Below are positions 13,389 through 27,725 of a stretch of 64,000 bases of DNA, one piece after another. The notes under the pieces are model-generated. The model did no database searches, was not told where the DNA came from, and saw nothing but the letters and a program-made list of their open reading frames with translations. The stretch lies in assembly GCF_009914755.1 (NCBI RefSeq), contig NC_060926.1. The stretch is one strand, 5' to 3'. A program made the position numbers and the translations under genes. The DNA is from the human T2T-CHM13v2.0 reference genome, Homo sapiens. Every line of letters begins with the position of its first letter. Positions within the stretch are counted from its first letter, which is position 1.

Positions 13389-16300
13389 ACATGACTTGTG
13401 TATGTTAAACTATCCCTGCATCCCTGGTATGAAACCCATTTGATGATGATGTATTATCTTTTTGATATGCTGTTGGATTTGTCTAGCTAGTAATTTATTG
13501 AGGATTTTTGCATCTATGTTCATCAGGAATGTTGGTCTGTAGCTTACTTTTTTTGTTATGTTGTTTGTTGGTTTTGGTATTAGGGAGATATTAGCTTCAT
13601 AGAATCATTTAGGGAGGAGTCCCTCCTTCTCAATCTTTTGGAGTACTTTAAGTAGGGTTGGCACCAATTCTTATTTGTGTATCTAGTAGAATTCAGCTGT
13701 GAATACATCTAGTTCTGGGCTTTTATTTGTTGGTAATTTTTAAATCACCGTTTCAACCTCCCTGCTTGTTTTTGGTCTGTCCAGGGTTTCTATTTCTTTC
13801 TAATTTAATCCAGGAGGGTAGTTTCCAGGAATGTATTCATTTCCTCTAGGTTTTTTAGTTTATGCACATAAAGCTATTCATAGTAATCTGGAATGTGCTT
13901 TTGCATTCCTGTGGTGTTTGTTGTAATGTCTCCAGTTTCATTTCTAATTAAGCTTATTTGGATCTTCTCTCCTCTTTTCTTGGTTATTCTAGCTAATGGT
14001 TTATCAATTTTGTTTATATTTTCAAAGAAAAAAAATTTTCTTTCGTTGATCCTTTATTTTGCATTAATCTTTTGTAGTTCTGCTCTGATTTTTGTTGTTG
14101 CTTTTCTTCTGCTAGCTTTGGGTTTAGTTTGTTTTTGTTCCTCTAGTCCCTTGAGGTGTGACATGAGATTGTCAATTTGTATCCTTTCAGACTTTTTCAT
14201 GTAGCCATCTAGTGCTATCATCTTCACTCTCAGCACTGCTTTTGCTGTATCCCAAAGGCTTTGATAACTTGTGTCATTATTATCATTCCATTCAAAGAGT
14301 TTTTAAATTTTCATCATGATTTCACTGTTAACCCAGAAAATATCCAGGAGTATATTATTTAATTACCATGTATTTGTATAGTTTTGAGGATTCTATTTGG
14401 AGTTGATTTCTAGTTCTATTCCACTGTGGTCTAAGAAGATACTTGTTGTGATTTCAATTTTTAAAATTTATTGAGACTTGTTTTGTGGCTTATGATAGTG
14501 TCTGTCTTAGATAGTGTTCCATGTGCTGATGAGAAGAATGTATACTCTGCAGCTCTTGGGTAGAAAGTCCTGTAAATATCTCTTAAGTCCATTTTTTTCT
14601 AGTGTGTTGTTTAAATCCATTGTTTCTTTGTTGAATTTCTCTTAGTCATCTGCCTAGTGTTGTCAGTGGTGTATTGAAGTCTCTCACTAGTATTGTATTT
14701 CTGTCTATCTCATTTCTTAGTTTCAGTAGTAATTGCTTTATGAATCTGGGAGTTCCAGTGTTAGGTGCATATAAATTTAGAATTGTAATATCTTCTTGTT
14801 GGATCGATCCTTTTATTATTTATCATAACTTTCTCTTTTTTTTTTTTTTTTTTTTTACTGTTTTTACTTTGAAGTCGGTTTGTCTGAAAAAAGAATAGCT
14901 ACTTCTGGTCACTTTTGGTTGCCATTGGCATGGAATAACTTTTTCTACCCTTTTACCTTAAGTTTATATGAATCTTTCCATGTTAGGTGAGTCTCTTCAA
15001 GATGGCAGGTATTTTGGGTTTGTAATTTTTTATCTATTCTGCCATTTCATATCTTTTAAGTGAACTATTTAGGCCATTTACATTTAATGTTAATACTGGG
15101 ATGTGAGATACTGTTCTCTTCATTACGCTTGATGTTTACCTAGATACTTTGATTTTTTGTGTATGTTATTGTTTCTTAGGCCTTGGGAGTTTTAAGCTTT
15201 CAAGAGATTCTATCTTGGTGCATATTGAGCCCTTGTTTCAAAGTTTAGAACTCCTTCTAGCATTTCTTGTAGTGCTGGTTTGGTAGTGACAAATTCCCTC
15301 AGCATTTGTTTGTCTGAAAATGACTTTATTTTTCCTTCATTTTTTGAAACTTACTTTTGTTGGATACAAAATTCTTGCTTTTTCTGTTTAAGGAGACTGA
15401 AGATAGGACCCCAATCTTCTCCAGCTCGTAAGGTTTCTGCTGAGAAATATGATGTTAGTTTGATAGGTTTTCCTTTATAGGTTACCTGATGCTTTTGTCT
15501 TATTACTCTTAGAATTCTTTCCTTCACGTTGATGTTAGGTAGCCTGATGACTACGCACCTTGGTGAAGATATTTTGGCAATAAATTTCCCAAGAGTTCTT
15601 TGAACTTCTTGGATTTGGATATCTAAATCTCTAGCCAGACTAGGGAAGTTTTCCTCAATTTACTCTCAAATAAATTTTCCAGAGGTTTTCTTTTCTCCCT
15701 CAGGAACACTAATTATTCCTAAGTTTGTCGATTTTACACAATCCCATATTTCTTGGAGACTTTGTTCATTTCTTTTTCTTATTTTTTCTTATTTTCATCT
15801 GATTGGCTTAATAAAAAAGCTTTGTCTTCAAGTTCTAAAATTCTTTTACTTGTTCTAGTCTATTGTTAAAAATTTCCACTGCATTTCATAAATTCCCTAA
15901 GTGTATCTTTCATTTACAGAAGTTCTGATTTTTTAATGATATCTATCTCTCTAGAAAATTTTTCATTCATATCCTGAACTCCTTTTAAGTTTCTTTATGT
16001 TGGTCTTCGCCTTTCTCTGGTATTTTCTTGAGTAGCTTAATAATCAACCTCCTGATTTCTGTATCTGGTATTTCAAAGATTTCGTCTTGGTTTGAGTGCA
16101 TTGCTGGGGAGCTAGCGTAATCTTTTGGGGTTGTTATAGAACCCTGTTTTGTCATGTTATCAGTTATTTTCTGGTTCCTTCTTCTTTGGGTAGACTATTT
16201 ATTCTAATTATTCTTGAATTTATATGACTTTTTTTAAATTTATTGTTTTCCTCTTAAGTCTGTGACTTTAATGTTTAAAATTAATTGTAGCCTAATGGAG

Positions 16301-19300
16301 TTCTTGGTGTTTTCAGCAGTGAAAATTCAGTAAGACTTCCTTGATTATAGGGAATCTTTGCATGATGGGTTTGTCATATGCCGGTTGTAGTAGCAATGTG
16401 CTCAGTGTGTGAGCAAGTTCACTGTCTTCTATAGGGTTGGAATAGTAGAGGTCTCTTGAAGCTTTTTCTCATACCCTGTGGCATGCACGTTCTTATTTAT
16501 TTATTTATTTATTTATTTTTCCTCAGTATTTATTTTATTGGCTTGATGGTTCGGGCTTTAGGCCAATAGGGGAGATGTCCCTGTGTAGGAACTAGTTGTA
16601 GCTAATTCAGGTAGGTAAATGCAATACCCAATATGGGCAGAGGTCCCAGCCTTGATGGAGGTGGCTGGAGGAGCTATCAGTGAGTCTTAATGAGGGCTTA
16701 TCAGGAGAAAGGGTTGGAGCCACCTCAGCTCCCCTGCCAGGACAGTAGGAAAGCTATCCATGTCCCAGACATACTTCTGTCCCAGTGATATAGCTATTCA
16801 GATCAGACAGGCACCTCTTTTCATTTGTAGGAATGTTGATGTTCCAAGTAGAGAGGAATTGTGAACCTTTGCAGATGTAGTCACGCTGACATGTTCCAGA
16901 AAGTCTGTCTATAGTTGTGCCCATGCCAAGCTCCCATGGGAAAAGCCCCAGCTGTGCCCGTAGTGATGGATGAGGAGGAAATACTTCCCTTTCTCCAACA
17001 TCCTTCACACACGCCAGAGCTGTCTGTTGGTCAGAGCTGCAGACTTTCCCTGCCGAGCCCAGAACTGCAACCATGCCTCTGCTGAAAGAAACTCTCCACC
17101 AGCTAAAAGATCTGATTTGTGCTCAAGGCCTGTTGTCTGGATTCTTTTATCCCACGGTGTGTTCCCTTTTTGTGGTGTACCCCCGCTTCCCCTAGAATCC
17201 CTTGGAGACAGACTACTGTGAGTGTTGTTGCTCCTCTGGGTCTAGCCTCCCAGTGAAGTTGCCACACTCTAGGCTGGTACTAGGAAATGTCTTCAAGGGA
17301 TCCAGTGATGTGACCTGCCCTCAAGTCTCCCAGCAGTGGGTACAGCTCTCATGGGGATGGCAGGGTAGTGACACAGACTCTGTGAGATTCCTTCATTTTA
17401 GATAGCCTAGTGCGTTGGCTTTCTCAAATGCCAGTTATAGTGGTAGGGAACTGATCACGTGGACAGACTTAGGACCTCCTGGTTAGCCAGAGTGGTGCAA
17501 GTAGTGGTGATAACTGAAGTCACACAGCTGTTTTCTCCTTCCTGGGTGCAGTGGTTTTCTACCAGGAGGTGCTGTAATGGATTGTTGTGTGGCCTCCAGC
17601 CAGGAGGTGACACCTGCAAAAGAGCGCCCTCTGTGGTAACAGCAGTGGGATTTTTGATTGCCGTATGTTGCCCAGAAAGGTACTCAGGTTTCTGAGGCAA
17701 TGGACGGGGCCATAAAGCTCCCAAAAGTTTCTGTCCTTGGTGTTAAGTGTGTCACTAGCAGCAGTGAGCTAAGTTCCAGGCAGCCTGCACTCAGAACTCA
17801 CAAATGCCTCATGTCATAAGCTTTCCCTATGGAGATAGCAACTGTGGCTTCCAAGATACACTCCTCCTTGTCTTCCCACAAAGCCGGGTGCCTGGCTCCT
17901 GTGCGTGTGGCTACAGCCTGCTTTTCACTTGCCCTTCCCCAGCTGTGGCCAAGGAAGTTTGTCTCCACTCAAGGTTGTATTGCAAATTCCATTTGAGGGT
18001 TTCTTTCAACCTGCGACCACTGCCTGAACTATTTGGCCGGCCTCTGCAGGGTCCTCTGTGAGGAACAATATGGAATGGCTTCCCTTGGTCTATGCTGGAG
18101 ACTGTGAGTGCAGGCGGAGGTCTTTTCTGTGCTGTTCTTACTTTCATATTCCATGACCCTCCTCAAGTCAGTGCCTGTGCTGGGTAGGGTTAATGCCATC
18201 CTCTGTGGCCTGAACTTTCAAGATCCCTGGTGAGAATGTGTATCCTGGAGACAGCCTCTATCCCTCTCACACTCTGAGGACTCACAGACCTTTGCCTGAC
18301 TCATGGTGTAGGCTGCAGCCTGGTACTTCCTTCAAAGGGCCTGTGGATTCTTTCAGTTTCCTGTTCAGTTCCTGAATCACTTATTGAAAGGAAGTGTTTA
18401 TGGCGTGAATTTCTAAACACTATTTTGTCCTTCCAAGTGGGAGAGGTGTGCTAGCAATGCCTCTAATCAGCCATGATGAAACAAAAAACCCATGAACACC
18501 AATTTTTGATTGGCTGTCTTTAAGAAATTGGAAAAATTCAGAAATTGGATATTTTAATATTTTAAACTAGGAGGTGGAAGTTTTAAGCAATAGTAGAGTT
18601 TTCATTGGCAAGGAAGGAAAAATCGCTCAGAAAATATGTCAGTGAAAAGAAAAAGAAGTTGGTCATTTTTGTGGTCTTAGAGTTTCCTTGTTTAATTTGG
18701 AAGGAATATCACAATTTGGTTGTACACAATGTAATTTTTTACTTTTTCAGCACTACATAGAAACTCATGAAAGTTTTATTATATCCTAATTTTTTAAAGT
18801 ATAGAAGTAAAAGTGATCTTTGCCATTGCAGCAATAATGTCCATATAGGTTTATTGGCACATTTGTGGAAAGCATCAGCATAAATCATCCGGTTTACAAT
18901 CATTTTATTGTAAATATCCTATTTTTCTGTGGCTCTAAATTTCCTTTAAAATTGTTAATTCAGTGAAGAAACACCTTTGAACTAGACCTACTAAATAAAA
19001 ATGTAAACTATGTATTCCTATTTTCAGAAAAAAATATTGATGTAAATTTCATATGATATTTTGCTCTGTGAGGTACATAAACTTTCAATCATGGACAAAT
19101 ACAGTCTTAAGACTCCTGTTAAAATATTTTCTTTAATTATTTTATTTCAGATGCTTGCTTATAAATAAACATCTTCCAATTAATTTAGGTGAAAGAATAC
19201 AATTTAGCAGCCATCCTGTACCAGTTAGTGTTCAATCTAATTCTCAGTCTTGTGGCAGAAAATAGACAAAGTAATATGGCAAATATGTGTTGATATACTT

Positions 19301-20153
19301 ACAGGAGGGAAGAAGAGGAGGATGAAAAAGAGAACACGTAACTCAGACTAACAGATCAGAAAGACTCCAAAGACATACTCTCGAGCTGCGTGTTGAGTGT
19401 AAAAGATAGAGTTAAGAGTAAGTGAAGAGAGGATATTCCCAGTGGAAAGAACATCATGTGAGAAGACATTAAAAAAAAATCAGATGATATTTTATGAGGG
19501 GTGCTCTTACATAAGTATTTGCACAGAGCGTGGTAAAAAGTGAGCATTTATTGAAAAATTTATGAATTAATCACCTACTTATGGCGATAAGTTAAACCAA
19601 CCCTAAAAATCATTGTCTTGAGAAACTCTTTGCACACACATCAGCCTCACTCCCAGGTCTGTGAGATGACTTGCAGCTTGGAAGGAGGCACCCACCCTGA
19701 GTGAAGTGAGATCCTGGAGTTATTAACATGCAGTTTCAATTATATTCCACCCTCTCCAATCACAAGGCAAAAATATAGGTTGTGACACACATATATTCAG
19801 CAGAGATTTTCAAACTTGTATTGACATTTAGGCCAGTCGAACATATATTAAAAACTAAAATTTCCATGCCACCTGACTCTGAAACCTTTTTCCTCACCAC
19901 AGCAACAGAATGCAAGTTACATCTCCTTATATGTTAATCAATGAGCATGCATCCAGGACTCTGCTAGATACTATGAAGGGCTCAAGAAAAATAAACTGAA
20001 TTATCCTTAACTTTTACTTTGCATTTTACAGTGACAAAGGCTACAGATCAATATAAAAAGGATGAAATCAAATGTGAAATTTTATGATACAGAGACTAAA
20101 AGCTGTCAGACTGAAGAATAGACATTACTCTAAGTTAAAAACAACTAAAAATG

Positions 20154-20512
<359 letters not shown>

Positions 20513-21099
20513 TTATAACCTATTGAGATCAAGCAGAGAAAAACAATCCTGATTTAAAATCACGAAAATGTTCAGAAAACATCCAGAAAAACCACATTCT
20601 GTTAATAACACATCACTAAAAGCAATTACATTCATTTTGCAAATACGCTAACTTGAAATTTGGAACAATTTTTGGGAGAGAGATCACTGTTTTCTGTTTA
20701 TCTGGGAGAAATCACTGGGACTTGTAATAAGCAGATTAGTTTCCCTTAAGGATCTTGTACTGTAAAAACAAAATAAACAACAGAAAAATCAGGTGTTACG
20801 TACAGTTCTCTTGGTTCGAAAAATTTACAAATGGCACACTCATGCAGATTACAGAGACTCCATGGAGTAAAACGAAGTAAAATGTATCACTGAGACACCA
20901 TTTCATCACTCTCTGTTGAGTGGCAGAAATCCAGTTCTCTTTCAACCTTACTAAAGGAAAATATGTATGAGGTTAAGAGAATTTTAAGAAGAAAATTACT
21001 CACTGCTGCCAAGCTGGACCGAATCCTGCACCCCAAACTGATTATGTGAAGGAAAAACAGGGCTAGTAAATAATCCAGATGGATTTCTTTGTCAGTATT

Positions 21100-21240
21100 T
21101 TGTTAGTCAGTCAAGAATTTAAGCACCTACTATATACCATGTACTATCTAGGTATTGAGAACACAACCACGACTAAATAAAAAGCTGTGCCTTTACAGTA
21201 TATATAGTTTAATAAACGGAGCAATCTATAAACAAAGTCT
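21100..21240 (-). mobile_element. L2 3' fragment
   Basis: 'aatttaagcacctactatataccatgtactatctaggtattgagaacaca'. Confidence 0.6.
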
Positions 21241-21264
21241 GACATGAAAAAGGAAAATTCAGAT

Positions 21265-23565
21265 TAACAACTGTTAATTTGGCAAAGTTGCAGGATACAA
21301 AATCAACAAACAAAATCAGTAGTGCTTCTTATACACAAACAATAAAGTAACTGAAAAAGAAATCAAGAAGGCGATCTCATTTACAATAGCTACAAATGAA
21401 AAATGAAATAAATACAAAAAATCCCTAGGAATAAACTTAACCAAGAAGGTGAAAGACTTCTACAAGAAAAACTGCAAAACACAAATAAAAAAATTGAAAA
21501 TATAAACAAATGTAAAAACATCCCATGATCATGAATCGAAAGAATTGCTATTGTTAAAATGACACTATTACCCCAAACAATCTACTGATATAATGCAATT
21601 TCTATTAACATACTAATGACATTCCTCACATAATTGGAAAAACAATTTTAAAATTTGTATGGAATCACAAAGGACCTCAAACAACCCAAAGCAATTTTGA
21701 ACAAACACAACTAAGCTGGTCACATCACACTACCAGACTTCAAAATATACCACAAAACTGTAGTAACCAGACTAGCACTGTACTCACATAAAAACAGAAA
21801 CAAAGACCAACAGAACAGAATGGAGAATGCAGAAATCCATATATCTACAGCCAATAGATTTTTGACAAAGGTGTCAAAAAACATACATTAAGGAAAAGAA
21901 AATCTCTTCAATAAATGGTGCTAGAAAAACTGGATATCCATATGCAGAAGTATGAAACTAGATTTCCCACCTATCACCTGATTTAAAAAAAAAAAATCAA
22001 CCCAGGCCCAGCGTGGTTGCTCACACCTGCAATTTCAGCACTGTGGGAGGCCAAGGCGAGTGGATCACTTGAGGCCAGGAGTTCAAGACCATCCTGGCCA
22101 ACATACTGAAACCCGGTCTGCACTAAAAATACAAAAAAAAATTAGCTGGACATGGTGATGCATACCTGTGATCCCAGCTACTTGGGAGGCTGAGGCATGA
22201 GAATCACTTGAACCCAGGAGGTGGTGGTTGTAGTGAGTTGAGATCATGCTGCTGCACTCCTCCAGCCTGGGAGACAGAGGAAGACTCTGTTTCAAAAAAT
22301 AAATAATAAAATAAAAATCAACTCGGCATGGGTCAAAGGCCTAAATGTAAGACTTGAAGCTATAAAACTATTACATGAAAACTTAGGGGAAATTCTTCAG
22401 GACATTGATCTGGGAAATGATTTTATGAATGGGACCTGAAAAGCACAGGAAACAAAAGCAAAAGTAAATAAATGAAGTTGTATCAACCTAAAAAAGCTTC
22501 TGCACACAAAGGAAAAAAAATGAATGGAGTGAAAAGACCATCTAAAGAATAAGAGAAAATATCTGCAAACCATTCGTCTAACAAGGGTCATATATATATA
22601 TCTAGGAACTCAAACATCACAACATCAAAAACCAAAGAATCCTATTACAAAATGGACAAATGATCTGATCACACATGTATCAGAAGAAAACTACAAATAT
22701 CCAATAAATATATGAAATAATGTTCAACATCACTAATCATTAAGGAGATGCATATCAAAGCCACAATGAGGTATCATTTTACCAATTAGGATGGCTATTA
22801 CTAAAGACAAAAGATAAAAAATGCTGGTGAGGATGTTGGGAAAAGGGAACTCATACACTGTTGGTGAGAATGTAAACAAGTATAGCCACTATGGAGGTTC
22901 CTCAAAAAACTACAAGTAGAATTACCTTGTGATAAAGCAATCCCACTACTGGTTATTTATCCAAAGAAAAATGAATTGGTTTATCAAAGAAACATCTGCA
23001 CCCCATGTTTATTGTAGCACTATTCACAATAGCCAAGATATAGAATTGACCTCGGTCTTCAACAATAGAGTACTATTCATCCATCAAAAAGAATGAAATT
23101 TTATCATTTAAGGCAACATAGATGGAACCGGAGGACATTATGTTTAGTGAAATAAGCCAGGAACAGAAAGTTAAACACTGTATGTTCTCATTCATATATG
23201 GACTCTTTAAAAAGTTGATCTCATAAAAGGAAAAACTGTAACAGAAGACACCAGAGGCTTGGAAAGGCAGGGGGAGGAGGGAGGGATACAGAGAGGTTTG
23301 TTAAGGGATTCAAAGTTACAGCTAGAAAGAAAAAATACATCATAGTGTTCTGTAGCACTATAGGATGACTGTAGTTAACAATATATAGTTTCAAATGGCT
23401 AGAAAGATGATATTGAATATTCCTAAAACAAAGAAATGATAAAGCTTTGAAATGATGGATATGCTAATCGCCCTGATCTGATCACTATACATTACATGTA
23501 TCACAAAATCACTATGTACCTTATAAATATGTAAAATTATCATATGTTCATTTAAAAAATTTAAA
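21265..23565 (+). mobile_element. 5'-truncated L1MA (L1MA2-4-like), ORF2 3' half plus 3'UTR
   Basis: 'aaagttgcaggatacaaaatcaac', 'ctcttcaataaatggtgctagaaaaactggata'; L1MA 3'UTR 'gatggatatgctaatcgccctgatctgatcact'. Confidence 0.9.
22005..22312 (+). mobile_element. Alu (AluS, Sz/Sx-like) in the L1MA
   Basis: Full dimer with A-tail; TSD aaaaatcaac(c/t)c. Confidence 0.93.
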
Positions 23566-23634
23566 GACCTAAATGACGACAAGAAGAATTTGGGGGAGGC
23601 ACATTCGAAGAAGGAGAGCAATTGTTCTTTTTAA

Positions 23635-23790
23635 TTTTTCATTCATAATTCTTTCATACAAACAAGCAAACAACAACATTCAGTTACCAAGCCCGTACTA
23701 TGCCCAGGCATCATTGAACAATATTAGAAAGCAATTATAAATAAAAGTATCAAAGAAGCCATAGTTTAATAGAGGAAAATATGCCCAAAA
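23635..23790 (-). mobile_element. L2 3' fragment
   Basis: 'ttcattcataattc...ccaagcccgtactatgcccaggcatc' tail motif. Confidence 0.5.
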
Positions 23791-24049
23791 GGAGAATGGA
23801 AAAAGTGAGGTGTGAAAAAAACATCTTTTTGTTGTTGTTGTTGTTGTTTCCAAGTGTCAGATAATCAGAGGGTAACAAAGAAGAACAAACAAAAGATGCC
23901 AGGATAACAAACAAAAACAAAAGACACTATATGTTAATGAATTATAACAAAGTTCAACCACTTCTTTACTCTTTTACTTCTTCTATAGTTCCTGTTTGCT
24001 TGTCTTTGGAACTGAGGGAAAACTTTAAAAATGTGCCTTTTCTGATTTT

Positions 24050-24225
24050 TACTAAATATAGTCTCTACATTAAAATGCACCCATTTTATGCACACATTTG
24101 GACAAATTTTGACCAATTGTACATCCATGTAACCACCACCACAATCAAGTTAGTCAACAATTCTACCACTCTCTAAAAGCTTTCTCATTACGTTCTATCA
24201 ATCCATGCCTACACCACCAGGCTAC
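24050..24225 (-). mobile_element. Old L1M (MB/MC/ME) 3' end fragment
   Basis: 'aaaatgcacccattt...ttttgaccaattgtacatccatgtaaccaccaccacaatcaag'. Confidence 0.65.
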
Positions 24226-24539
24226 AGACTTTTCTGTAATTTTTGAACATGTATTACAATTTTGGTTGAAAATGGTACATTGTGGATAATAAATGATACA
24301 GGCTAGTTATTCTGCATTCAGTTGGGTTCTTATGAGGATTTTTTTCTTCCAGCAGTATTTTAACTAGCCTACATTCACACAGCAAATTTGTTCTTTTCTG
24401 CCTTGTTCAGGAGCTAATAACCTTGCTCAGTTGTTTCGGTTTCCAGCTACTGCGTTTTTTTCTCGCCTGCTCCCCTCATGTCCCCTATCCCCTCATCTCC
24501 CCTGAACATGTGTAGTTTACTGGTTAGCTAAAGATTTGA

Positions 24540-24983
<444 letters not shown>

Positions 24984-25468
24984 TAATGTGTTTTCTATTG
25001 CCTGACTTGTTCACAGGTTAAAGAATCACATGATGAAAATAGACCAAACTCACAAATCTCATCCAGTGTGCTTTTTTCTTTAAATGGTGGCTTCTTTGCT
25101 GGTTTCTTCCTTCTTTTTCACTGAGCTGCTGGGAGAGTCCCCCATGCATGTGTTTGTTTAGGAGTCATCCAGGGTTACATCCAGATTTGGGGTCCATCTT
25201 CCTTCTGTGGCTCTCTTGCTTCTTGAATACAACCTATACATTTTCAGCTTCTCTGCCAGCTGCGACCTCATTCCTCTCCTTTTCTAGCCAGTTAGGCTGC
25301 AATTATTTTCAGCTGGAGCTATCAAGAGTTGGGTAGTGACCACAAGCAAAGCAGCAACAAACTCATGATAATTATCTAACTGAATCACAATCTTTCAAGA
25401 GTAAAATTTCCTCCAATTTCTATCTGCTTGGTAACTCTTTCCAAGGTTGTCAAATTCATGTTATTATA

Positions 25469-25884
25469 TGTGTTGGTCCATTTGTGTCTCTATAAAGAAT
25501 ATCTGAGGCTGGGAAATTTATGAAGAAAAGGTAATTATTCTGGCTCATGGTCCCGCAGGCTCTATGAGATGCATGGCACTAGCATTTACTCCTGGTGAGG
25601 CCTCAGGAGGCTTACAATCATGGTGGAAGGTGAAGGGGGAGCAGGAGTGTCACATGGCAAGAGAAGGAGCAAAAGTGGGAGGAGGAGGTGCCAGGCTCTT
25701 TTAAAAAAACAGCTCTAGCATGAATTCATAGTGAAAACTTGCTCATTTTCTCAGGGAGGGCAACAAACCATTCATGGAGGATTCACTTCCTTCATCCAAA
25801 CACCTCCTGCCAGGCTCTACTTCGAGCATTGGGGATTACATTTCAACACAAGATTTGCAGGGGACACACATTCAAACCATATCA
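25469..25884 (-). mobile_element. MSTB/MSTA solo LTR
   Basis: 'ctataaagaatatctgaggctgggaaatttatgaagaaaagg' ... 'gggacacacattcaaaccatatca'. Confidence 0.88.
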
Positions 25885-26349
25885 TTATTGTTGTAGCTGT
25901 TTTTTACTATTTTCTACAATTAATAACTGTAATTTGCAGGAAGGCTTACTCCAAAAATGTACTGAGCAATTACCAAAATTCAGAACCAAAATAAACTCTT
26001 AATAAAATATTGCTAAAACAAAATTAAAAGGTAGAAAATTAGACCATAAGTTTTCTGCTATCAGAGTTCCTGATTAATTTATGTCTGTATCTGAAAAATA
26101 TATCCTGGATAATGTCTACTAACTATATAGTATAGAACCTGTGTTTAGTACCACACAGCTAAAACGGATCACCAAATTCTGCTGTGTAGAGAGTCCATGG
26201 AGGGAGAATCAGTGTCAACACTATACTGTCACAGCTGACAGTCAAGTAAAATAAGGGAGAAGCTGGCAAGGAGAAAGTTGACTGGGCTCACGTGGATCAA
26301 TTGTAATGTGTATTTAAATACTTCTGAGTGATTTACTTAGGATTGCAAC

Positions 26350-26588
26350 AGCTAATATTTATTCAGTATTTATAGTGTGCCAGACACTGTAAACTAAACA
26401 CTTTATATATATTACTTCATTTTAATTACGAAAACAATAGTGATTTAGAAATCATTCTTTTCTTTTAACAAATAAACTTAGGCAAAGCCATATTAAGCAA
26501 GTTTCTCGGTGTCATACTACTAATAAATACTAGAGGCAAGATTTGAATCCCAAAATCTCTGACTCCAAAGACTTCATTCTTAACTACA
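26350..26588 (-). mobile_element. MIR
   Basis: 'atatttattcagtatttatagtgtgccagacactgt' ... 'gatttgaatcccaaaatctctgactccaaagac'. Confidence 0.75.
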
Positions 26589-27077
26589 GTAGTAATTGTT
26601 TAAACAGATGTTTGACAATTAATTCAATATATTCTGTAGAAAGCCCTTTGTAGAGGTGCATAAAAATTCTTATAAGACAGAGGATTAAAATCTGTACTAC
26701 GTGAAGAACTGTTCCAAATAAATAAGAAAAAATTTTAAACATGAATATCCTGAGCAAAAACAATTTGCAAAGGAGAATATAGACTGTCAATTGATGTGTG
26801 GAACTAAAGTTAGTCAAATACTTAGTATTGATCCAAATACATAATTATTCAAATATATGGAAAAAAATAACAAAAACCTATTTTATAAGGCTCACAAAGA
26901 TTAATAATATTGATAAATGCCCAGTATTTTAAAAAGTGAAAATGAATTTTCATACATTGTTAATAAAGATGATTTTGGGTGGTCCTTTTGGAAAGACACC
27001 TTGGTAATATGTACACCTAAAAATATCCATTTGTCTTGACTCATAAATTTATGTAAAAATTATTCCAAATATTGACA

Positions 27078-27373
27078 TTTTTTTTTTTTGAGATGGAGTT
27101 TCGCTCGTGTTGCCCAGTCTGGAGTGCAGTGGTGCCACCTCAGTTCTCTACATCCTCTGCCTCCTGGGTTCAAGTGATTCTCCTGCCTTAGTCTCCCTAG
27201 TAGCTGGGATTACAGGCATGAGCCACCATGCCTGGCTAATTTTTTTTTTTTAGTAGAAACAGGGTTTCACCATGTTGGTCAGGCTGGTCTCGAACTCCTG
27301 GCTCAGGTGATCCACCCACCTTGGCCTCCCAAAGTGCTGGGATTATAGGCATGAGCCACCGCCCTGCCAGGCC
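27078..27373 (-). mobile_element. Alu (AluSq/Sp-like) within an old L1ME remnant
   Basis: Reverse Alu with 'gagtttcgctcgtgttgccc'; TSD aa(a/c)tattga(c/t)atttt. Confidence 0.93.
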
Positions 27374-27725
27374 AACTATTGATATTTTTATATAAGTAAA
27401 CATTAACATAGTATTTTATAAAAAATTGAAATCAATCTAGGTATACAATGCTGAAGAGAAGCAAATCAAATATGGTGTTTTTACTCAAGGAAATACTACG
27501 CAGTCAGAATATAATTCTGTAGATTTTGATGAGTATGGGAAACATAGGATATTACTGTAAATAAATGAATTGGACTTGTTGTAAAGCTACAGTTCACATT
27601 CCAAGTTTTTTGTTTTTAAAAAAAAAGAGGCAGGAAAAAATTGTTTATCCAGGCCTACCCTGGAATGAAACACTTGAGCCCAAAGATTTGAGTAAGCCAT
27701 TAAGAGCCACTCTATTTTACTAAAC

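Larger units (their letters stand above)
12366..18492 (-). mobile_element. L1PB-type LINE-1 with 5'UTR (~16260-18490), decayed ORF1/ORF2 and an internal rearrangement
   Basis: L1PB 3' end 'ttttatttcaataactttttggggtacaagtg'; antisense ORF2/ORF1; imperfect TSD tgaaca(a/c)caatt(c/t)tt at 12355-12369 and 18493-18507. Confidence 0.9.
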
